From an uncultured Caldisericota bacterium (GTDB lineage Bacteria; Caldisericota; Caldisericia; UBA6126): a stretch of DNA of 62,247 nt. A model generated the notes under the pieces. It was not told the origin of the DNA. It saw only the letters and a list, made by a program, of their open reading frames with translations, and did no database searches. Shown piece after piece: positions 35,686-45,852 of the stretch. The stretch is taken from NCBI GenBank assembly GCA_964583965.1, contig CAZOYI010000255.1, positions 1 to 62,247 of the forward strand, in the 5' to 3' direction. The position numbers and the translations under genes were made by a program. Each line of letters starts with the position of its first letter. Position 1 is the first letter of the stretch.

Positions 35686-37220
35686 GATCGTCCCATCACT
35701 TCCTTGACATCGCGTTTATCAAATAAATAGATAAACACTCCATAGACCAAACAGCCTACTAAAACTAGTAAAATAACCTGAAACACTTGATCCCATTTGG
35801 AACTGAGTTGAAGAAACTTAGAAAACTGCAAATTTGCAAAGTAGAGGCTCCCTGTCATTAGTAAAGATCCTATAGCACATATAATACCAGTTTTCCGAAG
35901 GGGTGATACTACAAGATAGCTTGGATATCTCTTCGCAATAATGATCCACAAAACGATGGTATTAAAAACACCCGACAATGCTGATCCCAAAGCCAATCCC
36001 AAGTGTCCCATTGGTCCTACCAAAGCCAGGTCAAACGCAACCAAGACTAGAATGGTTGTGACTGCAACCCATACAGGTGTAATAGTGTCTTTGCAAGAAT
36101 AGAGTATCTTAACCAAAATAGCAGTTAGTGACCAGGGAATGAGAGCAATACAATACATTTGAAGGGCCGGAGCAGTAATAAGTGTATCATGAGCAGCAAA
36201 TTCTCCCGATTCAAACAATAACCGTACAACCGGAATGCTTGTTACTGCCAATCCAAGAGTTGCAGGCAGCATGATCAATAATACGAACTTTATTGCCCAC
36301 TGGACATTTTGCTGGACACTGCGATGCTCTTTCTTCTCAACATGTTCTGCTAAATTTGGAAAAACAACACTTGATACTGCAAGAGCGAATATACCGATAG
36401 GAAACTGTGAGACTTTAAATGCAGTGTGTAGCGATGCTAAATATCCTTTTGCTAGTTGAGAACCTATCATGTTGTTTACCAATGGTGCCAAATAATTGAT
36501 CCCTGAACCCACAATAACCGGTAAAATTAAAATGTATAAATCTCGCATAGCAGGATGATAAAGTATGGGTTTAAAACGATACCCAAGTTGATGCTTTTCA
36601 ACCCATATATATTGGATGAGAAATTGTCCAATAGCTCCTACGACAAGGGCAATTGCAACAGCATTGATACCCCAGATATGCGCGAAGGCTAACGTTATCA
36701 CAACAATTGTTGCATTGAATATGATTCCCCCCAGAGTGGGGATTCCAAAAATTTTAATGGAGTTGAGTATGCCCGATGACAATGCAGCCAAGCCTAGAAA
36801 AAGAATGGATGGTAAAGCAATTCGAAAAATGCTTATCCCATAATACAATCTCTCTGGATCGAATTTTGGGGCTTGGATTTTTACCATGAAGGGAGCGATC
36901 ACATATAGGACAAATAAAAAGATCACCATGAGAAGAACAAATTGATTGACGGTAACAGTGATAATCATCCGCAAATCTGCTATTTTTTTCTTTGCAACCA
37001 ATTGAGAAAATAAGGGAATAAAAACTGCCGATACGATACCCGACACAAGCATATTTGAAAGAGTAATGGGAACATAAGAGCCAACAGCATATGCATCTGT
37101 CTGTGCAGATAAACCAAATCGGTTTGTTATCGCTGTTTCACGTGCAAGACCCAATATTCTACTACATAATGCACCAAATGTTACGATGCCGGCATTTCGA
37201 AACAACAGTCGTATGTTCAT
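35682..37220 (-). CDS. murJ: MurJ/MviN-family lipid-linked oligosaccharide flippase
   Basis: 14-TM pattern. N-terminus AGIVTFGALCSRILGLARETAITNRFG. Confidence 0.88.
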   Translation of the reverse strand: MNIRLLFRNAGIVTFGALCSRILGLARETAITNRFGLSAQTDAYAVGSYVPITLSNMLVSGIVSAVFIPLFSQLVAKKKIADLRMIITVTVNQFVLLMVIFLFVLYVIAPFMVKIQAPKFDPERLYYGISIFRIALPSILFLGLAALSSGILNSIKIFGIPTLGGIIFNATIVVITLAFAHIWGINAVAIALVVGAIGQFLIQYIWVEKHQLGYRFKPILYHPAMRDLYILILPVIVGSGINYLAPLVNNMIGSQLAKGYLASLHTAFKVSQFPIGIFALAVSSVVFPNLAEHVEKKEHRSVQQNVQWAIKFVLLIMLPATLGLAVTSIPVVRLLFESGEFAAHDTLITAPALQMYCIALIPWSLTAILVKILYSCKDTITPVWVAVTTILVLVAFDLALVGPMGHLGLALGSALSGVFNTIVLWIIIAKRYPSYLVVSPLRKTGIICAIGSLLMTGSLYFANLQFSKFLQLSSKWDQVFQVILLVLVGCLVYGVFIYLFDKRDVKEVMGRS

Positions 37221-37816
37221 TAGGGAACCGTTTGTTTTGATTCTTGCGTAGACGTATTTTGAGCTTCTTGCGTAGTAGAAGTAGATTCTTCTGCTTGAAG
37301 AGATTGTCGTATCTCGTTTGCTTCTTGAATTGATACGGGCTGAATGGATAACACATAAACCGTAAATTTGGTGAAATTGGACTCTATGAATCCTCTAGCG
37401 CCAGCTTTAAAAGACTGACTGCCGTATTTTATCTCACTACTACCCTTGGGAACAGAACACAAGAAGGAAAATGTCGCATCCATCATCTTTGGTTGAGCTC
37501 TTGGCACTAGCACCCCCTGAGGGGTAGTAACATACACTTGTGTTGGTCCAACCTCGGGAACGGTTGTAACGACACCAAAATTGGTTCCATCAGGTTGCTT
37601 TATTTGCATTCCCCTTGTGATCATTTCAGCAATTTCAGGTCCTAACTCTGTCCCGCGAACCTGAATCACATAGAAATCTTTTTCCTCATTGGCAATCTTC
37701 TTTTGTGTGAAAAAACGAATACTTACCCCTATTAAAACAAGGAGCAAGATGATCACAAACAAGTCAATGATGTTAATCCAACCAAAAAGTTTTCCTTTGT
37801 CATCAATAATCGTCAT
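37220..37816 (-). CDS. DUF4330-like single-pass membrane protein
   Basis: MTIIDDKGKLFGWINIIDLFVIILLLVLIGV is the typical N-terminus. GGAGGA SD 6 nt before ATG 37816. The track start is a TTG. Confidence 0.6.
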   Translation of the reverse strand: MTIIDDKGKLFGWINIIDLFVIILLLVLIGVSIRFFTQKKIANEEKDFYVIQVRGTELGPEIAEMITRGMQIKQPDGTNFGVVTTVPEVGPTQVYVTTPQGVLVPRAQPKMMDATFSFLCSVPKGSSEIKYGSQSFKAGARGFIESNFTKFTVYVLSIQPVSIQEANEIRQSLQAEESTSTTQEAQNTSTQESKQTVP

Positions 37817-39080
37817 GTTCTTCCTCCACTCTAACAATTGAGGCTCCTAAAGACTGTAATTTTTTTTCAAAACCTTGATACCCACGATCTACATGATTAA
37901 CTTTGTGAACATACGACGTACCTTCTGCTGCGAGTGCTGCTAAAATAAGCGCACAACCACCACGTAAATCTGGACACTCTACGTCAGCACCATATAATTG
38001 CTCAACACCCGTTACAGTGGCTAGTTTGTTATCTGTCATGATAATAGCACCCATTTTCCGTAGTTCTGGAACAACATTAAAACGATTCTCATAGATGGTT
38101 TCTTTAATAATGCTCGTTCCTTTAGCATAACATGCAATGGAGAGGACAAGAGACTGCAAATCGGTTGGAAATCCTGGAAATGGCATAGTTCGTATAGAAA
38201 ATGCGTCTGGTCTTTGATCCATAGAAACCGTAAGACTAGTTTGTCCAATAATATCAATTTGTGCACCAATATCTCGCAGTTTAAAAAGTAAAGCGCTCAT
38301 GTCTTGTACACTACATTTATCGATTTGCACTACCCCTTTTGTAAGGGCTCCTGCGATCATAAAAGTGCCCGTTTCAATGCGATCAGGCATGATACGATAA
38401 TCAATCGGTTTGAGGGTAGAATTTCCAATCACCTGGATTGTTTTTGAACCCAAGCCTGTAATCCTAGCTCCTGCTTTGTTTAAAAAATAAACGAGATCCA
38501 CGATTTCTGGTTCTTGAGCAGCATTTTCAATAATCGTAATCCCGTCTGCACTTGTAGCAGCTAAAATTAAATTTTCAGTAGCCCCTACAGAAGAATAGTC
38601 CATGTATATATGGGTTCCTTTAAGCTGAGAAGTTTTAAAATGCTTACGATTCCCTATATTCTCTATGGTGGTTCCCATTTTTTGAATGTTCTGAAAGTGA
38701 ATATCCATAGGCCTAGACCCTATTCTACAACCTCCCAATATGGGTAAAATGACTTCATGATTGCGAGCTAACATTGCCCCGAGAAGAGTTTGGGATCCCC
38801 GGATTGAACTCACGCCTTTGATTGCAGATAAATCGGATTGAATATCTCCAGTAGCATCAAAAAGATACCGATCTTCTGTAAGTTGTTCTACCTTTACTCC
38901 AATATCACGAAGTACTTGGATCAGGATACGAACATCTCCTAGATCGGGAATGTTAGAGATCTCAATTGGTCCTTTAATCAATAGGGTAGCGGTAAGAATT
39001 GGAAGAGTAGCATTCTTTGAACCTGAAATCTGAACACGACCCCTTAATAGTTTCTTACCTTGAATCACAAACTGACTCAT
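37803..39080 (-). CDS. murA: UDP-N-acetylglucosamine 1-carboxyvinyltransferase
   Basis: VQISGSKNATLPIL. Active-site loop LGGCRIGSRPMDIH. 425 aa. Confidence 0.95.
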   Translation of the reverse strand: MSQFVIQGKKLLRGRVQISGSKNATLPILTATLLIKGPIEISNIPDLGDVRILIQVLRDIGVKVEQLTEDRYLFDATGDIQSDLSAIKGVSSIRGSQTLLGAMLARNHEVILPILGGCRIGSRPMDIHFQNIQKMGTTIENIGNRKHFKTSQLKGTHIYMDYSSVGATENLILAATSADGITIIENAAQEPEIVDLVYFLNKAGARITGLGSKTIQVIGNSTLKPIDYRIMPDRIETGTFMIAGALTKGVVQIDKCSVQDMSALLFKLRDIGAQIDIIGQTSLTVSMDQRPDAFSIRTMPFPGFPTDLQSLVLSIACYAKGTSIIKETIYENRFNVVPELRKMGAIIMTDNKLATVTGVEQLYGADVECPDLRGGCALILAALAAEGTSYVHKVNHVDRGYQGFEKKLQSLGASIVRVEEEHDDY

Positions 39081-40231
39081 TGTAAAAACTCGTCCATATC
39101 GGAGTATACGGTATCCATTCCAAAGTAGAGACGGACTTGATTTTGAATCCGCTTAGAAGCATTCCCATCCCCAAATGGATTCTTTGACTTTGTCATTGAA
39201 TCATAATAAAATCTATCTGTGAGAAGTGATAGAAGTTCATGATGGACATTTTCATAACTTGTTCCCACTAATTTAACAATTCCACACTGGATACCCTCAG
39301 GACGCTCAGTAACGTTTCGGGTTAACAATACAGGTTTTCCAAAAGTGGGAGCCTCCTCTTGCACTCCTCCAGAATCAGATAAAATAAGATAAGATTTTTT
39401 CATTTCGGCCACAAAATGAATATAGTCCATGGGTTCTACCAATTGAATGTTCGCAAGATCGCCCAAACAAGAAAATACAGATGTACGAACAATGGGGTTT
39501 TTGTGTACGGGGAAAATCACTTGAACATCAGAATGTTGGATGGCAATATCTCGAATTGCTTTGCAAACATTTTCAATGGGCTGACCCCAAGATTCTCTTC
39601 GATGAAGAGTAACAAGGATCCTTTTGACACCTGGTGACTCATCGACCAACAGATTGGATTTATTCGATTGAATATGAGACACTACCCAAAGCAAACTATC
39701 GACTACGGTATTACCCGTGGCATACACCAAGGAACTTTGTGTGTGGCTTTGAATAATGTTCTGTTTTGCTTGCACGGTTGGACAAAAATGAAGGTTGGTG
39801 ATTTGATCACATAACGTTCGATTCATTTCTTCAGGAAATGGGTTCTGCATATCATATGAACGTAGTCCAGCCTCAATATGAGCAATCGGGACATGATTGT
39901 AGAAAGCTGCTAAGGAAGCTGCAAACGTAGTGGTCGTATCGCCATGAACAAAAACCAGTTGAGGGTTTTCCAAATGAATCACTTTTGTTAATTCATCCAA
40001 GACTCCTGTGGTAACAGATTCTAAAGATTGCTTTTCTTTCATGAGATTGAAGTCATAATCGTACTGAATCGAAAATAAGTGAAGAACTTGATCCAACATT
40101 TCTCTATGCTGTGCGGTTATAATGACTTTAGTGCGAAATGAAGGGTCGCTTTGAAATATTCGCACCAAGGGAGCCATTTTGATTGCCTCGGGTCTTGTTC
40201 CAAATATAATCAACAGTGTTGGCTTATGCAT
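39077..40231 (-). CDS. mnaA: UDP-N-acetylglucosamine 2-epimerase (non-hydrolysing)
   Basis: IFGTRPEAIKMAPL, HIEAGLRS and LSDSGGVQEEAP motifs. Confidence 0.92.
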   Translation of the reverse strand: MHKPTLLIIFGTRPEAIKMAPLVRIFQSDPSFRTKVIITAQHREMLDQVLHLFSIQYDYDFNLMKEKQSLESVTTGVLDELTKVIHLENPQLVFVHGDTTTTFAASLAAFYNHVPIAHIEAGLRSYDMQNPFPEEMNRTLCDQITNLHFCPTVQAKQNIIQSHTQSSLVYATGNTVVDSLLWVVSHIQSNKSNLLVDESPGVKRILVTLHRRESWGQPIENVCKAIRDIAIQHSDVQVIFPVHKNPIVRTSVFSCLGDLANIQLVEPMDYIHFVAEMKKSYLILSDSGGVQEEAPTFGKPVLLTRNVTERPEGIQCGIVKLVGTSYENVHHELLSLLTDRFYYDSMTKSKNPFGDGNASKRIQNQVRLYFGMDTVYSDMDEFLQ

Positions 40232-40255
40232 ACATCCCTCATGGTCTAGAATTGA

Positions 40256-41227
40256 TTATAAGTATAGCAATAAAATTGGGATCAAACACAATAAAGCTGT
40301 TATGGCATAAAACACTAAAGCAATTCGGCGTTGTCCCCATCCTTTTTTTCGATGTAGCTGATAATGTATATTTTCCAAATCAGCTTCGTATATCTTTTTT
40401 CCCTTTCGAGACCTTGTAATGATAGAAAAAATGACGTCAAATATTGGAATTCCAAATCCTACTAAAGCAATCAGCAAAACGATTCCAGAAGTTGTTTTTA
40501 ATCCAGCCCATATCGAAATTGTTGCAATCATATATCCTAAAAAATGAGCACCACAATCACCTAGAAAAATGCTAGCTGGATAAAAATTATATCGCAGAAA
40601 AGCAAAACAACACCCAACTAGAGCAATGGCAAAAAAGGATGGAATTACAAATCCACTCAATATTCCTACAACAAACATCGATAAAAGTGCAATCCCTGCA
40701 ATGCCCGTTGCAAGACCATCCAATCCATCAATAAGGTTCATCGCATTCATGAAAGCAACACTCCAAAAAATGCTAAATAGAATTCCCCAAAATCCAATAT
40801 CAAAATAATTTCCTGTAGAAGGATTGGATATATATCGAATCTGTACGCCAAAGAAAATTGGTATGGATGCTGCAATACATTGGGCAATGAGCTTAATTCC
40901 TGGCTTCAGGTCTACTTTATCGTCCAAAGCCATCACAGCAACGATGAAAAGTGATCCTAAGAAAATACCAAAAATCTGTTGATTTAGAGGTATAGTTAGA
41001 AAAACAGCCAACCAAAATGATACGAAAAGAGCTAAACCGCCGGTTAATGGCGTGATTTTTTTATGGAGTTTCTCTCTACAATTACCGTGTTTATCCTTTT
41101 CTTTTTTCTGTGGATTATCCACGATACTCCATCGCAAACCCAATTTGCGAAAATAGGGAACCAAAAGAAGCGTTAATAATGTTGCGATCGAAAGCAACAA
41201 CAAACATTGAAAAGCAGGAGCACTCAT
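40256..41227 (-). CDS. Polyprenyl-phosphate N-acetylhexosamine-1-phosphate transferase (MraY-like GT4; TagO/WecA type)
   Basis: Multi-TM protein. AMNLIDGLDGLATG motif. Adjacent to mnaA. Confidence 0.85.
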   Translation of the reverse strand: MSAPAFQCLLLLSIATLLTLLLVPYFRKLGLRWSIVDNPQKKEKDKHGNCREKLHKKITPLTGGLALFVSFWLAVFLTIPLNQQIFGIFLGSLFIVAVMALDDKVDLKPGIKLIAQCIAASIPIFFGVQIRYISNPSTGNYFDIGFWGILFSIFWSVAFMNAMNLIDGLDGLATGIAGIALLSMFVVGILSGFVIPSFFAIALVGCCFAFLRYNFYPASIFLGDCGAHFLGYMIATISIWAGLKTTSGIVLLIALVGFGIPIFDVIFSIITRSRKGKKIYEADLENIHYQLHRKKGWGQRRIALVFYAITALLCLIPILLLYL

Positions 41228-41778
41228 ATTGGATATAACCCTGTTGTATGAAATATAGATCGCATTTTTACACCAATCAACGCAGCCAAAACAGCTTTTG
41301 CTACATCAACTAGGATAAAGGGTGCTACTGCATATTGAAAGATCTCTTGCCATGAATATGGATTGTGAATGATCCAAACTGAGTGCAGATAAAATCCGAT
41401 GCCTCCTAATAAATAAATCCAGAAAAGACCGATAAAAATGGAGACAAGAGTGTTTGAAAATACATTTTTCTTCTTTTCAAGATACCATCCCATAGTAAAG
41501 GACGCTGCTAAAAACCCAATGATAAAACCACCTGTTGGTCCCAGTAAAACCATAATACCAGCTCTTCCTTGTGAAAAAACTGGAATTCCAATAACTCCGA
41601 GAAGAATCCATACCGCTATTGAAACGGTCGCCCATTTTTTCCCCAAAAGAATTCCTGCTAAAAAAACAAAAAATGTTTGGAGTGTAAATGGAATAGGTCC
41701 AATAGGAAGATATATCATGGATCCAATAGATAGTAGGGCAACAAAGAGAGCTGTAATGGAAATTTGTCGAACAGACAT
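41224..41778 (-). CDS. bioY: Biotin transporter S-component BioY
   Basis: 6-TM BioY pattern (PIGPIPFTLQTFFVFLAGILLG...GPTGGFIIGF). Start trimmed to ATG 41778, just after the accA stop. Confidence 0.82.
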   Translation of the reverse strand: MSVRQISITALFVALLSIGSMIYLPIGPIPFTLQTFFVFLAGILLGKKWATVSIAVWILLGVIGIPVFSQGRAGIMVLLGPTGGFIIGFLAASFTMGWYLEKKKNVFSNTLVSIFIGLFWIYLLGGIGFYLHSVWIIHNPYSWQEIFQYAVAPFILVDVAKAVLAALIGVKMRSIFHTTGLYPI

Positions 41779-41782
41779 GGGA

Positions 41783-42742
41783 TTACAAGGAAATTGAGGC
41801 AATATTCTTAAATTTTTCGTATCGGTCGTCCAATAGGTCCTGTTCATTCAAGTTAATCAGTTGCAGAAGAATTTGATGAATAGATTGATCCAATTGTTGG
41901 ATTGCTTCTGTTGGACTTCTATGAGCTCCTCCTAATGGTTCTGGAATCACTTGATCAATAAGGTTTCTTTGCATAAGATCGTGAGCTGTCAATTGTAATT
42001 TTTCTGCAGCATTTGAAGCTTTTGAAGCATCTCTCCATAAAATGGAAGCACAACCTTCTGGAGAAATCACGGAATAAATACTGTATTGCATCATAAGGAC
42101 TATATTTCCAATGCCAATACCCAAAGCTCCACCAGATCCACCCTCTCCAATTACAACACTAACTATAGGAACCCGTATTCGAAACATTTCTTTCAAATTT
42201 CCAGCAATAGCTGCAGATTGCCCCATTTCTTCAGCTTGAATTCCTGGATATGCCCCTTGCGTATCAATAAGGGTTACAACAGGAGCATGGAACTTTTCTG
42301 CTAATTGCATCAATCGTAGTGCTTTGTGATAACCCTCTGGACTAGCCATACCAAATTGATTTCGTATCTTCTCTTTTGTTGATGATCCTCGATTATGACC
42401 GATCATCATAATAGTTTTTCCGTGATAGGTCCCCATGGCTCCCATAATAGACGGGTCATCTCGAAAGAGTCTGTCTCCGTGTAGTTCAATATGATCGGGA
42501 ATAAGCTGAGCAATGATGTCAGGAGTTTTTGGTCTTTCGTGGTGACGTGCGATTTGTACAATATCCCATCGGCTCAGAGAATGATATACTTCATGAATCT
42601 TTTCTTCTTTTTCTACGTAGAGTGACTGTAAGATTTCTTCTTTATTCGACAAGGATTCTTCATTTTCGATGCTTTGAATCTTCTTCTCGATTTCTTCAAT
42701 CGGGGATTCAAAAGGATAGGTTATTGAACCAGTTTTTTTCAT
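41783..42742 (-). CDS. accA: Acetyl-CoA carboxylase carboxyltransferase alpha subunit
   Basis: RHHERPKTPD and VIGEGGSGGALGIG motifs. ATG 42742 forms ATGA with the accD stop. Confidence 0.92.
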   Translation of the reverse strand: MKKTGSITYPFESPIEEIEKKIQSIENEESLSNKEEILQSLYVEKEEKIHEVYHSLSRWDIVQIARHHERPKTPDIIAQLIPDHIELHGDRLFRDDPSIMGAMGTYHGKTIMMIGHNRGSSTKEKIRNQFGMASPEGYHKALRLMQLAEKFHAPVVTLIDTQGAYPGIQAEEMGQSAAIAGNLKEMFRIRVPIVSVVIGEGGSGGALGIGIGNIVLMMQYSIYSVISPEGCASILWRDASKASNAAEKLQLTAHDLMQRNLIDQVIPEPLGGAHRSPTEAIQQLDQSIHQILLQLINLNEQDLLDDRYEKFKNIASISL

Positions 42743-43608
42743 GTTTTGATCCCTCTCGAATAAAAAAGAAGAAGAGTAGATAAACATTGTTTAACATGTT
42801 TTCTTTTCACTATTTTATCAATTTGTCCGTGTTCAAGTAAAAACTCAGAAGTCTGAAATCCGTTAGGCAATTTCTGTTTTGTTGTTTGTTCAATCACACG
42901 AGGTCCTGCAAAACCAATGAGAGCATCCGGTTCTGCGATAATAATATCTCCAAGAAATGCAAAACTGGCACTAACGCCACCGGTTGTAGGATGTGTCAAC
43001 AGGGAAATATACAATCCACCAGATTTTTGGAATCTACCTATCGCAGCAGATGTTCTTGCCATCTGTAATAAAGAGTACATTCCTTCTTGCATTCGAGCCC
43101 CACCTGAACTAGAAACAAGTAAAAGTGGTAGATGATTGTGAAGAGCATATTCTGCAATTCGAACTATTTTTTCTCCAACAACCATCCCCATGCTACCACC
43201 AATAAAGCGAAAATCCATAATCCCAACTGCTATCAGCTGATTGTCTATGCTTCCTATTCCTACACGAATAGCTTCTGTTAAACCAGTCTTTGCCTCAGTT
43301 TGCTTACATCGTTCAGGATAGGAAACCTGATCTGTAAATTGTAGTATGTCGGTAGGCCGAAGATTTGAGTAAAACTCTTCAAAACTCCCGTCATCCAGAA
43401 TGAGTCGGATACGGTCATCAGAGTCAAGACGGAAGAGATACTCACATTTTGGACATACATTCCATTGTTCTTTTAATTGTTTTTCATAGATGAGAATTCC
43501 GCATTTAGGACACTTAATCCAGTTTTTTTCAGATAAAGTCTGATCCAATTTAGAAGATTTTTTTGGAGAATTTCTTTTCGAAAAAGCACTAAAATCCAAT
43601 GGATTCAT
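42739..43608 (-). CDS. accD: Acetyl-CoA carboxylase carboxyltransferase beta subunit
   Basis: Zinc ribbon CPKCGILIYEKQLKEQWNVCPKCEY. GGSMG and SSGGARMQEG motifs. Confidence 0.92.
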   Translation of the reverse strand: MNPLDFSAFSKRNSPKKSSKLDQTLSEKNWIKCPKCGILIYEKQLKEQWNVCPKCEYLFRLDSDDRIRLILDDGSFEEFYSNLRPTDILQFTDQVSYPERCKQTEAKTGLTEAIRVGIGSIDNQLIAVGIMDFRFIGGSMGMVVGEKIVRIAEYALHNHLPLLLVSSSGGARMQEGMYSLLQMARTSAAIGRFQKSGGLYISLLTHPTTGGVSASFAFLGDIIIAEPDALIGFAGPRVIEQTTKQKLPNGFQTSEFLLEHGQIDKIVKRKHVKQCLSTLLLFYSRGIKT

Positions 43609-44849
43609 GCAGGTCCTTTCTTAAACAATAGAGAAAAATTGTGTCCTCCAAATCCAAAAGAATTTGATAGGCCATACTGGATATTTGCTTTCACCATAGT
43701 ATTGGGCGTATAATCTAAATCGCAAAGTGGATCAGGATTTTCAAGATTAATGGTGGGATGGATATTACCAGTCGACAATGTTTTTACTGCCACAACTGCT
43801 TCTACGCCACCAGCAGCTCCTAAAGTATGCCCAATCATAGATTTAGTGGAATGGATATGCACTTGATATGCGTGCTTACCAAGAAGATTCTTTATGGCAA
43901 GGGTTTCTGTAATATCGTTAGCTTCAGTGGAAGTACCATGTGCATTGATATAGGTCACTTCTTGAAGAGATATTCCTGCTTCCTCTATAGCCAATTGCAT
44001 ACACCTAGTCTGTTGATGTGCATCAGGGGAAGGCTTAGTAATATGAAATGCATCGCAAGTTGCTCCATATCCAACAATTTCACCGTAAATTCGAGTTCCT
44101 CTTTGAACTGCATGATCCCATTCTTCTAAGAATAAGATGCCTGCACCTTCTCCAACTACAAAGCCATCTCGATCCTTATCAAAGGGTCTGGATGCTTTTT
44201 TTGGCTCATCATTACGCTTGCTCAAAGCACGCATAACTGCAAATCCCCCAATGGAAATAGGGGTGACAGGAGCTTCTGCACCACCTGCAAGAGCAAAATC
44301 TTCAAGTCCAAATCGAATTCGATTATACGCATCTCCAATAGCATTAGTACCGGAGGCACATGCGGTTACAACGTCAGACGAATACCCTTTCGCTTCATAG
44401 CGAATGGAGAGAAGTGCTGCGCCCATATTACCAATCAGTTTCGGGATAAAGAAAGGACTGATCCTTGAAGGACCTTGTTTGTCCAAAACTTCACAGGTTT
44501 CAATGAAGGCTTGGTTTCCTCCAATGCCAGTCCCTACAATCACAGCAAAGCGCTGCTTTTGCTCTTCTGTAAGCTGTATGCTGGCATCCTGGAAAGCTTC
44601 CGTTCCTGCCGCAATAGCTAATTGAGCAAAGCGATCCATTCGGTTGGTTTCTGGTTTGGACATATACAAAGTTGGATCAAAATTTGGTATTTCAGCAGCA
44701 ATTTTCACCTTGAAATCTGTTGGATCAAAATGGGTAATAGTGTCCACAAAGGATGTTCCCTTCAGGAAATTCTGGAAATTCTCTTCTACAGAAAGTCCTG
44801 CAGGCGATACCATCCCTAAACCAGTGATCGCTACGCGTCGTAGATTCAT
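43605..44849 (-). CDS. fabF: 3-oxoacyl-ACP synthase II
   Basis: VVTACASGTNAIG (Cys), NAHGTSTEAND (His) and MIGHTLGAAG (His). Confidence 0.95.
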   Translation of the reverse strand: MNLRRVAITGLGMVSPAGLSVEENFQNFLKGTSFVDTITHFDPTDFKVKIAAEIPNFDPTLYMSKPETNRMDRFAQLAIAAGTEAFQDASIQLTEEQKQRFAVIVGTGIGGNQAFIETCEVLDKQGPSRISPFFIPKLIGNMGAALLSIRYEAKGYSSDVVTACASGTNAIGDAYNRIRFGLEDFALAGGAEAPVTPISIGGFAVMRALSKRNDEPKKASRPFDKDRDGFVVGEGAGILFLEEWDHAVQRGTRIYGEIVGYGATCDAFHITKPSPDAHQQTRCMQLAIEEAGISLQEVTYINAHGTSTEANDITETLAIKNLLGKHAYQVHIHSTKSMIGHTLGAAGGVEAVVAVKTLSTGNIHPTINLENPDPLCDLDYTPNTMVKANIQYGLSNSFGFGGHNFSLLFKKGPA

Positions 44850-45089
44850 CTATGCCGCTTTTACGATGTAGTCAATCATTGTGCCAACAGTTTCAAGCTT
44901 GCTAGCATCTTCATCTGGGATTTCAAGACCAAATTCTTCTTCCAACGCCATCGTAATGTCGACCAAACCCAATGAGTCAGCACCCAGATCATTAATAAAA
45001 TGTGCTTCTTCTACAACAAGATCTTCGTTAATACCTAATTTATCAGAAATAACGGGAACTACTTTTTGAAAAACTTCTTCTCTGGTCAT
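44850..45089 (-). CDS. acpP: Acyl carrier protein
   Basis: 79 aa. [10 protein letters not shown] phosphopantetheine site. Strong AGGAGG SD. Confidence 0.9.
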   Translation of the reverse strand: MTREEVFQKVVPVISDKLGINEDLVVEEAHFINDLGADSLGLVDITMALEEEFGLEIPDEDASKLETVGTMIDYIVKAA

Positions 45090-45103
45090 ATGACCCTCCT
45101 GTG

Positions 45104-45850
45104 TTATAGTGTTAATCCTCCATCAACAACCAAAACTTGCCCAGTAACGTAGGAAGCTTGATCGGATGAAAGAAACATAGCTGCATTTGCAATATCTTCC
45201 ATGGTTCCAAAACGCTTTAAAGATACTCTAGACATAAAATGATCGGTTGCCTCTTGGGGTAAATTCTGTGTCATTTCGGTCATGATATAACCGGGTGCAA
45301 CACAATTCGCTGTTATATTACGAGATCCAAACTCTTTCGCAACACTTTTACAAAGAGCAATCATACCTCCTTTAGAGGCAGCATAATTTGCTTGTCCTGC
45401 GTTACCAATGATACCAATCACAGACGAAATATAAACAATACGACCTTTTTTTGTTCTCATCATTTCTTTTGTAACAGCTTTTGTGCAGTTAAATGCACCT
45501 GTAAGATTGATGCGGATAACACGATCCCAATCTTCTGGAGTCATTCTCATAATCAATTTATCACTTGTTATGCCCGCATTTGCTATCAGAACATCAATGG
45601 TTTCTACGTCCATTTTTATATTTTTTACCATATTTTCTACTGCGTTCAGATCGGAAACATCTGCTTCATAAATACTTCCCTGCGCACCCAGGGATTGTAC
45701 TTCGCTCAAAGTATGCATTGCATTTTCTTTTTCTGCCTCGAAAGGATAATTGATTGCGGTATAATACCCCTCTTTGGCAAAATGCAGTGCAATTTCTCTA
45801 CCAATTCCCCTACTCGCACCAGTAATGAGTACAGTTTTTGAGTTCATCAT
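45104..45850 (-). CDS. fabG: 3-oxoacyl-ACP reductase
   Basis: [13 protein letters not shown] and YAASKGG (Y-x3-K). The start is ambiguous among three consecutive ATGs (45853/45850/45847) after AGGTGG. The track start 45859 is a GTG. Confidence 0.92.
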   Translation of the reverse strand: MMNSKTVLITGASRGIGREIALHFAKEGYYTAINYPFEAEKENAMHTLSEVQSLGAQGSIYEADVSDLNAVENMVKNIKMDVETIDVLIANAGITSDKLIMRMTPEDWDRVIRINLTGAFNCTKAVTKEMMRTKKGRIVYISSVIGIIGNAGQANYAASKGGMIALCKSVAKEFGSRNITANCVAPGYIMTEMTQNLPQEATDHFMSRVSLKRFGTMEDIANAAMFLSSDQASYVTGQVLVVDGGLTL

Positions 45851-45852
45851 CA

